From Parachitinimonas caeni (GTDB lineage: Bacteria > Pseudomonadota > Gammaproteobacteria > Burkholderiales > Chitinimonadaceae), in NCBI RefSeq assembly GCF_030129945.1, contig NZ_JARRAF010000017.1:1-64000 (forward strand): 64,000 bases of DNA. The letters are read 5' to 3'. Made by a program: the position numbers and the translations under genes. Positions 1-9,748 of this stretch are shown here, one piece after another. Each line of letters begins with the position of its first letter. Positions within the stretch are counted from its first letter, which is position 1. A model generated the notes under the pieces. It was not told where the DNA came from and did not search any database. It worked only from the letters and a program-made list of their open reading frames with translations.

Positions 1-93
1 TCAGTAAGAAATGGACCATGCCAATCCGTGACTGGAAGGCAGCGCTGACTCGCTTTACGATCTGCTACGAAGACAGGCTGCCGCAGCAGTAAC
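1..93 (+). mobile_element. 3-prime end of an IS256-family (mutator-type) transposase gene, partial at window edge
   Basis: Frame 3 reads ...SKKWTMPIRDWKAALTRFTICYEDRLPQQ*, which matches the conserved C-terminus of IS256-family transposases (KKWxMPIxNWxxALNxFxIxFxDRL). The gene is truncated by the window start. Confidence 0.4.
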
Positions 94-445
94 ACAACCC
101 CGGTTACACAAAATTAGGCACACCCTCCTACGACACGCAATCGCCCTTTCAAAGGCATCTCCATTTCCAATTTGGTGTGGTGCGGACGCTATCAGCGAGT
201 CCGACTACGAAGCTCTCGACGCTGGTGATGTGTCCCGCTTTAACTATCCGCTTGCTGGTGAGCCGAGTGAAATACTGCAAGGGGCGATTGAAACGATTGC
301 AGAACACCACCCGAATGCAACCGTCTGGATTGAGCATGTATCCGCGCTCTAACAAGTCCGCCAATGGGACGGTAAACTGCTGCGGTGTCTGGTTCTCCCC
401 GCTGCGCTCCTGCGCCCGTTACGTTCAAGGTTAGAGGTTCTTTGT

Positions 446-988
446 ATGCCTATTGCATTGCCAGATGAAATCAACACAGACCGACTAGTCTTGCGTCAAC
501 CCCAGCTCAGTGATGCTGCTGCTTTATTTAATGCCTATACGCAAGACCCGGTTGTTGTTCGCTATCTGGTTTGGTCGCCTCACAAAAATATGGCAGAGAC
601 CGAAAACTTTATCGCCTACTGCCGCGATGCTTGGGATAAAGGTAAAACGCGCCCCTACATCATTTCACCGCAAAGCGAGCCAACTCGCCCGATTGGCATG
701 TTAGACGCTCGCTTTCATCGCCATATGGTTGATCTAGGCTATGTGTTGGCCCGGGAGCATTGGGGGATGGGCCTAATGACCGAAGCGGTCAGTTCGCTTA
801 CTAACATCGCCTTGGCTAATCCTTCTTGTTTCCGTGTTCAAGCCACCTGTGATACAGAAAATTTGGCCTCTGCTCGAACGTTGGAGAAAGCAGGCTTTAC
901 TCTTGAAGCCACCCTCCAACGCTACATCGTGCATCCCAACATCAGCGACACCCCAAGGGCGTGCTTCATGTATGCAAACTGCAAGTAA
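446..988 (+). CDS. GNAT family N-acetyltransferase (RimJ/RimL-like)
   Basis: 180-aa ORF with acetyl-CoA binding motifs (HWGMGLMTEAV...AGF) and a RimL-like N-terminus. Confidence 0.8.
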   Translation: MPIALPDEINTDRLVLRQPQLSDAAALFNAYTQDPVVVRYLVWSPHKNMAETENFIAYCRDAWDKGKTRPYIISPQSEPTRPIGMLDARFHRHMVDLGYVLAREHWGMGLMTEAVSSLTNIALANPSCFRVQATCDTENLASARTLEKAGFTLEATLQRYIVHPNISDTPRACFMYANCK

Positions 989-1101
989 GCGAATCTCTAT
1001 CCGTTCAGTCAACCTGATTACCCAAAGCTACGCTTTGGGCTGCCACTGTTGCTGCGCAACTCCGGCAGCAGGTTATTTCCAACGTTAAGCGTGGAGCCAC
1101 A

Positions 1102-1380
1102 ATGAGTATTACTCGAATTAATGAGTTTCAATCTGCACCGGGCAAGGAAGAGGAACTGTTTTTGTTCTTGAATTCGATATTGCCATATATTGCTTCGTCA
1201 GAAGGCGCCATTTCCTGCGAGGTTTTGCGCCACGCAGAAAATAAAAGCTCTTTTGTTGTAATTGAAAAGTGGCAAAGTATTGAGGCGCATAAACAATCAG
1301 TTAGTCAATTTCCAAAAGAAAAAATGCAAGCTGCAATGAGTCTCTTTGGTCTTCCGCCAAAAGGGGCATACTATGCCTAA
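1102..1380 (+). CDS. antibiotic-biosynthesis-monooxygenase (ABM) domain protein / putative quinol monooxygenase
   Basis: 92-aa ORF with ABM-like pattern (SCEVLRHAENKSSFVVIEKWQSIEAH). Local GC is lower than in flanking DNA. Confidence 0.55.
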   Translation: MSITRINEFQSAPGKEEELFLFLNSILPYIASSEGAISCEVLRHAENKSSFVVIEKWQSIEAHKQSVSQFPKEKMQAAMSLFGLPPKGAYYA

Positions 1381-1474
1381 TGCTTCGTTTAACTTGGATC
1401 GCCAACAAGGCTGGCAGCTTCACCTGCTTTCGGCTTTGCTGCCTGCCGGTTAACTCAAACTTTAGGCTAGATGC

Positions 1475-1822
1475 ATGACCGAAAAAGAAAAGCTTCACGA
1501 AATTCACTATGTATTGAGCAATTTCAGCCATTTGCTTAATGAAAATGAAAGGATTGCACTAGGTGCCTTTGCATTCATTGCTGCTAAAGATGGCCATACT
1601 TCCAATGAGTTCGTTTTAAAAGGCGGTGCAGAACCAAATGCAGAATCGAGGCAATTACTTTCCGATGGGATGCAACCTTTAAGGAAAAAATTGGCGGATC
1701 GCTTATTGAATGAATACAAAGCGCTTATTTATGAAAATAGCTGCAAACAATGCGGCCGCCTTCCTGCGACACCGCGCGCGAAACAATGCCTTGGCTGTGG
1801 TTATTCTTGGCACGCGGGGTAG
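1475..1822 (+). CDS. hypothetical protein with C-terminal zinc-ribbon (CxxC...CxxC)
   Basis: 115-aa ORF in a low-GC islet. C-terminus is CKQCG...CLGCG. Confidence 0.45.
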   Translation: MTEKEKLHEIHYVLSNFSHLLNENERIALGAFAFIAAKDGHTSNEFVLKGGAEPNAESRQLLSDGMQPLRKKLADRLLNEYKALIYENSCKQCGRLPATPRAKQCLGCGYSWHAG

Positions 1823-1934
1823 GGTTTGGCCTAATGTGTGGCTCTAGCCAACACCCAAAAGCGTCGCTTTTGGGTTCCCTCCTCTATGCTCCGATGTGGC
1901 TTGACTCTCACGTTAGTGCCGCACGAGCAACCTA

Positions 1935-2080
1935 TGTTTGCCCTACCTCGCGTAAGGATCTGCGGCATTTCCAGCGTTGAAGAAGTTCAATTGGCAGTCC
2001 GGGTGGGTGCGTCCGCCCTTGGGTTCGTTTTGCATATGCCTAGCGGACCAGTGTCATCTCAGATGGCATCCCCCAAATAG
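1935..2080 (+). pseudogene. trpF: N-terminal remnant of phosphoribosylanthranilate isomerase (trpF fragment)
   Basis: PRVRICGISSVEEVQLAVRVGASALGFVLHMPSGP matches the TrpF N-terminus (VKICGIT...GADALGFVF..S.R). The frame ends after about 48 aa at a stop, and the rest of the gene is absent. Confidence 0.45.
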
Positions 2081-2110
2081 CAGCGGTTGGCCATGGCCGC
2101 TGCAGCCGGT

Positions 2111-3283
2111 TTAGCGCGAAGACAGCAGTTTTTCTTTGGCGAGTAACTGACTCAGCCCCCACACGCAAAGTATTGAGCCAAGCAGGGGCACCAGCCATGC
2201 GGCAAGCCATTCGGTGCCCATGACGGTATCGCCGCGTAGCACTTTACCCAGCAACAGATATTGGCCGTTGATCGGCACCCAGACCAGCCAGTCCGGCTCT
2301 TTGGCGAAGCGCAGGATCGACGCCAGTGGCATCAGCCCCGCCAAAGTCAACAGCACGGTGATGGAAGCCTGGGCTTCCTTGACGCTGCGGCCGGTTGAGC
2401 CTGCCAGCAACAGGGCTGCCGGCACCAGCGCGGCAAAGGGCGTCAGCACTGCCAGGAAGCCCGCCGCTTCGGGCAGGCCGAAGCGGAAGGCGATGCCGCT
2501 ATCGGGCAGGGGTACCAGGTTCATGGTGATGTAATAGCCGGCAATGCTGCCAACGACGGCGCAGAGATTGTAGGCGCTGGCGGCCAGCCACTTGCCGGCA
2601 GCTATGGCCAGTGGTGATACCGGCAGGGCGATCAAGGGCTCCAGCGACTGTCGTTCGCGTTCGCCGGCGGTCAGCTCCAGTGCGGCGGCCAGCGAGCCCA
2701 TCAGACCTGTGAACAGGGCGTAGAAGGCGATCAGCATCCCGGCGGAGCTGGCGCTTTGTGCCGGGGTGGCCAGGTCCATTTCCCCGACTTCCAGCGGTTG
2801 TGCGACGACCGGCGCAAGGCCCCGCAGCAGCAGGCGGTCTCGGCCCCAGGCTTCGCCATAAGCCTTGAGCAGACGTTGCAGCACCCGCTGCGTGGGGTTG
2901 AAGCGGTCGCGTGAGCTGTCGATCAGCAAGGTAACGCCGGCTGCCCGGCCTTGCTGGATCTGGCTGGAGAAGTCTTCGGGGATGAGCAGGACTGCCGCCA
3001 GTTCGCCATTGGCAACTTGGCGCCGGTAGTCGGCGCCGGCATTGCTGGTTTCGACTCCTTGCCGTTGCAGGAATGCCAGCAGTGCCGGTGCGCTGGCGCC
3101 GTTGACGACCGGCAGCTCGATGCGCGAGAGCTTGTCTTTCTGCGCGTGGGCGGCGAAGGCCAGAATGCCGATCATCAGGGGGCCGGAGGTGATGATGATG
3201 ATGGCCAGTGCAATCAGCGATTTGCGGTCGCGCCGTAATTCAGTGAATTCCTTGCGGAATACGGTCAGGATCGTTGCGATCAT
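2111..3283 (-). CDS. ABC-2 type transporter permease (NatB-like)
   Basis: 390-aa polytopic membrane protein. Its start overlaps the stop of the upstream ATPase gene by 4 bp. Confidence 0.8.
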   Translation of the reverse strand: MIATILTVFRKEFTELRRDRKSLIALAIIIITSGPLMIGILAFAAHAQKDKLSRIELPVVNGASAPALLAFLQRQGVETSNAGADYRRQVANGELAAVLLIPEDFSSQIQQGRAAGVTLLIDSSRDRFNPTQRVLQRLLKAYGEAWGRDRLLLRGLAPVVAQPLEVGEMDLATPAQSASSAGMLIAFYALFTGLMGSLAAALELTAGERERQSLEPLIALPVSPLAIAAGKWLAASAYNLCAVVGSIAGYYITMNLVPLPDSGIAFRFGLPEAAGFLAVLTPFAALVPAALLLAGSTGRSVKEAQASITVLLTLAGLMPLASILRFAKEPDWLVWVPINGQYLLLGKVLRGDTVMGTEWLAAWLVPLLGSILCVWGLSQLLAKEKLLSSR

Positions 3284-4047
3284 CCGAACAGCCCTTCCTC
3301 GGTACCCAGTAGTTTGACAAAGGCATCTTCCAGCTGATCACACCCAGACTGGGCCAGGAGGTCGGATGGAGTGCCTGCGGCGACGACCTGTCCGCCGTGG
3401 ATGATGAGGATGCGGTCGCACAGGGCAGCAACTTCCTGCATCAGGTGGCTGGAAAACATCACACATTTTCCGGATTGCCGCAGATCTTGAATCAGCCCGC
3501 GCATGGCTCGGGTGGCCAGGATGTCGAGCCCATTGGTCGGTTCGTCCAGCAGAATGGTTTGCGGATCATGCACCAGTGCTCTGGCGACGGCGGTTTTCAT
3601 CCGCTCCCCTTGTGAAAATCCCAGCGCCGGGCGGTCGGCGATCTTGCTCATGCCCAGCCGCTCGATCAGTTGCTGGCTGCGTTCGGCAGCAAGTTGGTCG
3701 GGCAATCCTTGCAGCTTGGCAAAGTACTCAATGTTCTCGCGGGCGCTGAGTCGTGGATATAGCCCTTTGGCATCCCCCAGCAGGCCCAGCTGACGACGGG
3801 CTGCGGCACCTTCCCGCTCGATGTCATGGCCATCAATGCGGACGCTGCCGGAATCGGCCCGGATGACGCCGGCGAGAATCCGCAGCAGCGTGGTTTTTCC
3901 AGCGCCGTTCGGGCCGAGCAGGCCGGTGACCTCGCCATCGGCGGCGGTAAAGCTGACTTCCTTCAGGGCTTCGACCTGGCTTTTGACTCTGCGTAGGCGG
4001 CCGGTAACGGTTTCGAAGTGCTTGGCAACTTTGATGACTTCGATCAT
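3280..4047 (-). CDS. ABC transporter ATP-binding protein (NatA-like)
   Basis: Walker A GPNGAGKTT, signature LSQGERMK and Walker B ILLDEP are present. Confidence 0.9.
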   Translation of the reverse strand: MIEVIKVAKHFETVTGRLRRVKSQVEALKEVSFTAADGEVTGLLGPNGAGKTTLLRILAGVIRADSGSVRIDGHDIEREGAAARRQLGLLGDAKGLYPRLSARENIEYFAKLQGLPDQLAAERSQQLIERLGMSKIADRPALGFSQGERMKTAVARALVHDPQTILLDEPTNGLDILATRAMRGLIQDLRQSGKCVMFSSHLMQEVAALCDRILIIHGGQVVAAGTPSDLLAQSGCDQLEDAFVKLLGTEEGLFG

Positions 4048-5498
4048 GGCCGTGCCTCCAGAGTGGAGATGTAGGCGGGGGGGCGTGGTGCGCGCGTCAG
4101 ATCCCGCACGCAGTCTTCAGACAGCTTGCCAAAGCCTGCTTCGTCGATAAAGGTTGCCAGAAGTTTGGGCATGCAACGATACGGCGAGACAATGTGCCCG
4201 TAGTTCGGCAAGACGATATGTCGGCTGTTGCTGAGGGTTTTTCGGGCCATTTCTGCCATGGCGGGAGGGGTGACCGGGTCCATGCCGCCCGAGAGCAGCA
4301 GGGTAGGGATGCTGGAGATGGTTGGACGGAACTGATCCGGCGGGGCTTTGCCGTGGGGAAATCGCTGGCAGGTGCTGGCAAATTCACTGGCCATGCCGCC
4401 AAAAACCGGGTTGGCCGCGCGGATGGCCGCATGGTCTCGCTGCTGCTGGAAGTCTTCGGCGCACAGCACTGCCAGACGCATCTCGCTGCCTATCTGCTCG
4501 CCAATCTTTGACTGGGCTTCAAAAGCCATCGCAAACAGCGGGGCGACGTCACCGGCTTTGGCTTGTTCGATCAGCCGTGGGATCAGTGCGGTGGTTTCTG
4601 GTAGATAGAGCAGGGGCTGCAGGGCTGCGGCAACGCTGGCGCGATGGATCTTGCCAGCCAGCGGTTTGCCCGTGGCCGGATGGCTGAACCGCACTGCCAG
4701 AGGCTGCTGGTCGAGCTGGTCCAGCCAGCGCAAGAGCCCGGCGTAGCCTTCGGGCTGGGCTTGTCGGCAGGCGGTCTGCTTCTGGCAGTCAGCAAACACT
4801 GCCTTGAGCGAGGCTTCGTTGTGGGCGACGAGATCCAGCGGGACGGCTACCGATGACGGTGCGACGCCATCCAGTATGACGCTGCGCACCTGTTGCGGGT
4901 AACGCTTCATATATTCGAGCGCGACTCGGCTGCCATACGAGCCTCCCCACAGGTTGATGCGTAGGTAGCCTAATGCGCTACGAGCGGCATCGACATCTCG
5001 CAGGTAGTCGAGCGTGGTATGGGCCGCCGGATTGCCCTTGAGGCTGGCCAGGCAACGCTGGATAGCGGCTTCGGCATCAATCTGGCCTAGCAGCGCTGCC
5101 AGCGGATCTTTGGCGCCAGGGTCTTCACAATGCAAGGTTGGGCTGCGGCCGGTACCGCGCTGGTCAACCAGCACAATGTCACGTTCTTTGCGGATGCCTG
5201 CCAGTGCCTGCGCAACGGGGGCAAGGTTGCTGGCGGCTTCTCCCGGTCCGCCAGCCAGCAGGAACAGCGGGTCGGACTTCGGCGTGCGGGCAGCGGCTGG
5301 CAGTACGGCAACGTGAATGGCCAGCATCTTGTCGTTGTTGCCAGGGGATTCTGGAACCATCAGCTTGCCGCAGCGGGCTGCGCTATCGAGCTTGGGCAGC
5401 CAGCATTCGGCGAGGGTCAGTTTCTGAGGAGGGGTGGCATGGGCCGGCAAACCACTTAGCAGCGCCAGCGCACTCAGGACGAATACAGAAAATCTCAT
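4044..5498 (-). CDS. secreted alpha/beta hydrolase (TAP-like / S33 family)
   Basis: Signal peptide MRFSVFVLSALALLSGLPAHA and nucleophile elbow GGSYGS. The start is chosen at MRFSV with an upstream RBS. The gene is in an operon with the ABC-2 transporter genes. Confidence 0.7.
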   Translation of the reverse strand: MRFSVFVLSALALLSGLPAHATPPQKLTLAECWLPKLDSAARCGKLMVPESPGNNDKMLAIHVAVLPAAARTPKSDPLFLLAGGPGEAASNLAPVAQALAGIRKERDIVLVDQRGTGRSPTLHCEDPGAKDPLAALLGQIDAEAAIQRCLASLKGNPAAHTTLDYLRDVDAARSALGYLRINLWGGSYGSRVALEYMKRYPQQVRSVILDGVAPSSVAVPLDLVAHNEASLKAVFADCQKQTACRQAQPEGYAGLLRWLDQLDQQPLAVRFSHPATGKPLAGKIHRASVAAALQPLLYLPETTALIPRLIEQAKAGDVAPLFAMAFEAQSKIGEQIGSEMRLAVLCAEDFQQQRDHAAIRAANPVFGGMASEFASTCQRFPHGKAPPDQFRPTISSIPTLLLSGGMDPVTPPAMAEMARKTLSNSRHIVLPNYGHIVSPYRCMPKLLATFIDEAGFGKLSEDCVRDLTRAPRPPAYISTLEARP

Positions 5499-5769
5499 AA
5501 GCAGGAACGGTCTTCGTCGGCGAGGAATGGCAGATTCTCTACGAGCGCTGGCTGTGGCGGCAAGTCTTGTCCGCGTCGATATCCGCCTGCTGGCCCGGCG
5601 TTTGTGGGGGCTACGATACTTTTTATGGTGCTGCAGTCGGAGTTCGCGCATGTGGCAGGCGGTTTTCGTGCTGGATTGCGGTAGTATGGGCGCCGCCCAA
5701 GAGGCCACTTAGAAAACGTCAATAGAGCCTAACTACATATCACCGAATATCAGATTCTGGAGCGAGACC

Positions 5770-7734
5770 ATGTCCGATACTGTCTGGACCCCTAGCCCGC
5801 AAGCAATTGCCCAAAGCCAAATCAGTCGTTTCATTCAATTTGTTAATGCCGAGCATGGCCTCACCCTGCGGAACGATCGCGAGCTGTATGACTGGTCGGT
5901 AAAGGAACTGGCCACCTTCTGGCACGACATGTGGCGCTTTGCGGGTATCCGGGCCAGTCGGCAGCCAGAAGTGATACTGCAGGATGGCGACAATATGCCG
6001 GGGGCCAAATGGTTTGTTGGTGCCCGTCTCAACTACGCAGAAAATCTGCTGTCACGTCGAGATGACGCACTGGCATTGGTGTTTCAGGGGGAAGACAAAG
6101 TCAACCTGAGCCTGACGCATGCCGAACTTTATGATCAGGTGGCCCGACTGGCAGCCACCCTGCGCCGGATGGGTGTGGGCGAGGGCGATCGTGTTGCTGG
6201 GTTCATGCCCAATATGCCGCAGACAGTGATTGCCATGCTGGCGACGGCCAGTCTGGGGGCCATCTGGTCTTCCTGCTCGCCGGATTTCGGTATTCAGGGT
6301 GTGCTCGACCGCTTTGGTCAGATTGCCCCCAAAGTCTTGTTCACCGCCGACGGCTATTACTACAGCGGCAAGCAGATTGATTCTCTGGAGCGTGTCGGTA
6401 GCATCCTGGCGCAATTGCCGAGTGTCGAGAAAGTCGTGGTTGTGCCCTATACCCAGTCTGAGCCTGATCTGGGCAAGCTGGGCGAGTCATCGGGCCGTGG
6501 CGTGGTCTGGAATGATTTTCTGGCTGCCGAGCAGGGGCTGGATATCGTGTTTACCCAGGTCGCCTTCGATCATCCGCTCTTCATCATGTATTCGTCCGGA
6601 ACGACCGGCGTACCCAAGTGCATCGTGCATTCAGTGGGGGGAACCCTGCTGCAGCATGTGAAAGAACACATCCTGCATGGCGATCTGACACGTGACGACC
6701 GGATTTTCTACTACACCACCTGTGGCTGGATGATGTGGAACTGGCTGGTGTCGGCCCTGGCCATCGGCGCGACAGTGCTGTTGTACGATGGATCACCGTT
6801 CCATCCGGGCCCGCGCGTACTGTGGGAATTCGCGGCCAATGCCAAAGCCACCACATTCGGCACCAGTGCCAAGTATTTGTCTGCACTGGAGAAAACCAGC
6901 TATCGCCCTATTGACAAGGTAGATCTGTCAGCGCTGACCGCGGTTTTGTCCACCGGCTCGCCATTGCTGCCGGAGAGCTATGATTTTGTCTATCGCCATA
7001 TCAAGGCCGATATCCGCCTGAGCTCGATTTCGGGCGGCACCGACATCATTTCCTGCTTTATTCTGGGCAATCCCTGCAAACCGGTGGTCCGGGGTGAATT
7101 ACAGCAGCGGGGCTATGGCATGGCGGTGGATATTTTCAACGACGATGGCAAGTCAGTCCGGCAGGAAAAAGGCGAGCTTGTCTGCACTCGACCGTTCCCG
7201 TCGATGCCGATCGGATTCTGGAACGATGCAGATGGCAGCAAGTATCACGCTGCGTATTTCGAGCGATTCGACAACATCTGGTGTCATGGGGATTACGCTG
7301 AATTGACGGCTCATGATGGCATTGTGATTTATGGCCGTTCCGACACAGTTTTGAATCCGGGCGGGGTGCGGATTGGTACGGCCGAGATCTACCGGCAAGT
7401 GGAAACCTTTGCCGAGATTGCCGAGTCGATGGCGGTTGGCCAGGACTGGCAGGGGGATGTGCGTGTGCTGCTGTTTGTGAGGATGCAGCCAGGGTTCACG
7501 CTGACCGACGAGCTGATCAAGCGTTTGAAAGACCAGATCAAGCTGGGCGCCACCCCGCGCCATGTGCCGGCCAAGATCATTGCGGTGGCGGATATTCCCC
7601 GCACCATCAGTGGCAAGATCGTCGAGCTGGCCGTGCGCAATGTCATTCACGGTATGCCCGTCAAAAACAAGGACGCATTGGCCAACCCGGAAGCCCTGCA
7701 GTTATTCGAAAACCTCGCCGAGCTGCAGAGTTGA
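5770..7734 (+). CDS. acetoacetyl-CoA synthetase
   Basis: 654-aa adenylate-forming enzyme with the AMP-binding motif YSSGTTGVPK and an N-terminus typical of acetoacetate-CoA ligases. Confidence 0.85.
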   Translation: MSDTVWTPSPQAIAQSQISRFIQFVNAEHGLTLRNDRELYDWSVKELATFWHDMWRFAGIRASRQPEVILQDGDNMPGAKWFVGARLNYAENLLSRRDDALALVFQGEDKVNLSLTHAELYDQVARLAATLRRMGVGEGDRVAGFMPNMPQTVIAMLATASLGAIWSSCSPDFGIQGVLDRFGQIAPKVLFTADGYYYSGKQIDSLERVGSILAQLPSVEKVVVVPYTQSEPDLGKLGESSGRGVVWNDFLAAEQGLDIVFTQVAFDHPLFIMYSSGTTGVPKCIVHSVGGTLLQHVKEHILHGDLTRDDRIFYYTTCGWMMWNWLVSALAIGATVLLYDGSPFHPGPRVLWEFAANAKATTFGTSAKYLSALEKTSYRPIDKVDLSALTAVLSTGSPLLPESYDFVYRHIKADIRLSSISGGTDIISCFILGNPCKPVVRGELQQRGYGMAVDIFNDDGKSVRQEKGELVCTRPFPSMPIGFWNDADGSKYHAAYFERFDNIWCHGDYAELTAHDGIVIYGRSDTVLNPGGVRIGTAEIYRQVETFAEIAESMAVGQDWQGDVRVLLFVRMQPGFTLTDELIKRLKDQIKLGATPRHVPAKIIAVADIPRTISGKIVELAVRNVIHGMPVKNKDALANPEALQLFENLAELQS

Positions 7735-7767
7735 GGATGCGCTGAGCGGGATCAGTGCTGATCGGAA

Positions 7768-7795
7768 GGGGATGCGCAGGCATCCCCTTTTCATT
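7768..7795 (+). terminator. rho-independent terminator
   Basis: Hairpin GGGGATGC-GCAG-GCATCCCC followed by TTTTCATTT. Confidence 0.7.
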
Positions 7796-8035
7796 TGCCC
7801 GTGCGGTCTCCTGATCAGGACTTGGTCGCAGATCGGCTATTGCCACAGTTAGGTGGATTGACCTCTCAAAAAGGGCGGCGATCTGAAAATGTCTTGCCTA
7901 TGATGGATTAGGCGCGATGGATGCTGGCTGCAGTTTTGTCTCGGCTTATCAGCATTCCGTGAAAGACATCAGGTGGGTGCACGCCGGGCGAAGCGCAAGC
8001 CAATAATCATTGGTGCATCCAGCGAGGAGGCAGGC

Positions 8036-9220
8036 ATGTCCACAAAGGTATTGGTTGTCGATGACGATGAAGATTTTCGTAGCCTGATCACCGAGTCGAT
8101 TTGTGATCAGTTTGCCGTGTTGGGGGCTTCCACCGGAGTGGAGGCACTGAGCACGGTGCGACGTGAACACCCCCCCATCGTATTGCTCGACGTCAATATG
8201 CCGGGCATGAACGGTTATCAGACCTGCGAATCGCTAAAAGGCATTGATCCCGAGATCCGCGTGGTATTCGTTTCCGCCGAAGACACTCTGGATGCCCGCA
8301 TCAAAGCTTATGATGCCGGAGCGGACGACTTTGTGCAGAAGCCGTTTCGGGTGGCAGAGCTGGTACGCAAGCTGCGGGTGCTTGAGCAGCTGGTGGACGA
8401 TGCCGACCGCCTGCGCGAAGCGGTCAAGAATGCGTCGGACTTTGCCATTCAGGCAATGGTTGCCTCGGGCGAGCTGGGGGCGATTGTTGATTTTACCCGG
8501 CGCGCCTTTGGCAGCCACGATGCCGATAATTTGTTGAAATCACTGATCGGCGTGTTGTCTTCGCGCTTTGATCTCATCGCCTCGGCCCAGGTGCGGATTG
8601 AGGGCGGGCAACGCACGCTCAATAGTGATGGCCGGTCCAGTCCGCTGGAGGCCGAGTTGCTGACAGGTCTGGCCAGCGACAATCGGCGTGTCTTCGAATA
8701 TGGGCGACGGCTGGTGGTGAACTTCCCGCATGTCACGGTGCAGATTCGTGATATGCCGCTGGAAGATCAGGAAGCTCGCGGCCGGGTGCGTGATAACGTC
8801 CAGATGCTGGTGGAAATCGCCGAAACCCGCATCGAAAGTCTGGTCATCGAAAATCGCATCCATGCGCACAAAGTCCATGCGCTGAATGCCATTGAGTCCA
8901 CCCGTACGGTTGTGGTCGAGCTGGAAGCCGAATACAAGCGTCAAGCCTCGATTTCGCTGGCGCTGTTTCAGGATTTACGCCGCCAGTTTGAAGACCGTCT
9001 GCTCTACCTTGGCCTGACCGACAAGCAGGAACAGGCGCTGGTCCAGTTGATTGCGGGTAGCGCAGATCAGGCGGCGGCACTGTATGAGGCAGGCTTGGCG
9101 TTGGATAAGCGCTTCGCCAGCATCACCCGCGAATTACAGGAGTCGCTGCAACTCAAGGACGAAGGCAGCGCCGAACTGAAAGCCAAGTCATCAGGCAGTG
9201 AGTCGATCATGCTGTTTTGA
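8036..9220 (+). CDS. response regulator (CheY-like receiver) with uncharacterised about 270-aa C-terminal domain
   Basis: Receiver motifs VLVVDDDEDFR...LLDVNMPGMNGY...KPF. A GGAGG RBS precedes the ATG at 8036. No adjacent histidine kinase. Confidence 0.75.
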   Translation: MSTKVLVVDDDEDFRSLITESICDQFAVLGASTGVEALSTVRREHPPIVLLDVNMPGMNGYQTCESLKGIDPEIRVVFVSAEDTLDARIKAYDAGADDFVQKPFRVAELVRKLRVLEQLVDDADRLREAVKNASDFAIQAMVASGELGAIVDFTRRAFGSHDADNLLKSLIGVLSSRFDLIASAQVRIEGGQRTLNSDGRSSPLEAELLTGLASDNRRVFEYGRRLVVNFPHVTVQIRDMPLEDQEARGRVRDNVQMLVEIAETRIESLVIENRIHAHKVHALNAIESTRTVVVELEAEYKRQASISLALFQDLRRQFEDRLLYLGLTDKQEQALVQLIAGSADQAAALYEAGLALDKRFASITRELQESLQLKDEGSAELKAKSSGSESIMLF

Positions 9221-9281
9221 GCCCATAGCCACAGCGGAGTGGCGGCTGATACGCACTGCAAGGTGAGAGTAGGGTACGCCT

Positions 9282-9734
9282 TTGATTCACATCAGCTACT
9301 TCTTCGGCCTGGCCGCTGCGGGCACCTTCTTCTTGTCGCTGACTCTGGGTTTTGTACTGGAGCAGTGCCTGGACTTACTGGCGCTGCTTGTGGGCATGAC
9401 GCTGCCCGCAGAATGGCTGCGCCCCCTGATTTATCTATCGATAGCCTTGATCTGGATTGGCTCGCTAGCAGTTTTGGGCTGGCGCAGACGAGGACTGTCG
9501 CCGCCGTTGCGCCGCGCGGGCCAACGGGACCGGCTGGTAGTGGCCGGCCACATTCTGCTGCTGACAGGGCATGCTCTGGTGGCGGCAATGCTGATCATCG
9601 ACAACATCGGCCTGCTTTTGATTCTGCCGCTTATCGCGGTAGTCAGCCTGTATGCCGCCGCCGTGCTATTGCTGGAATTGTCACGGCGCCAGGCACGCCG
9701 CCCTTCGCAAGCTGATGACCCAATATCCCCCTGA
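9282..9734 (+). CDS. hypothetical integral membrane protein
   Basis: 150-aa ORF with 4 predicted hydrophobic helices. Confidence 0.45.
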   Translation: MIHISYFFGLAAAGTFFLSLTLGFVLEQCLDLLALLVGMTLPAEWLRPLIYLSIALIWIGSLAVLGWRRRGLSPPLRRAGQRDRLVVAGHILLLTGHALVAAMLIIDNIGLLLILPLIAVVSLYAAAVLLLELSRRQARRPSQADDPISP

Positions 9735-9748
9735 AAAAGTCGCGCACG

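Noticed and set aside
9239-9715. Overlapping 150-160-aa ORFs in three frames around 9240-9735
   Set aside because: Only the hydrophobic 9282-9734 frame is plausible. The others are Arg/Pro/Ala-rich alternative-frame artefacts of GC-rich DNA.
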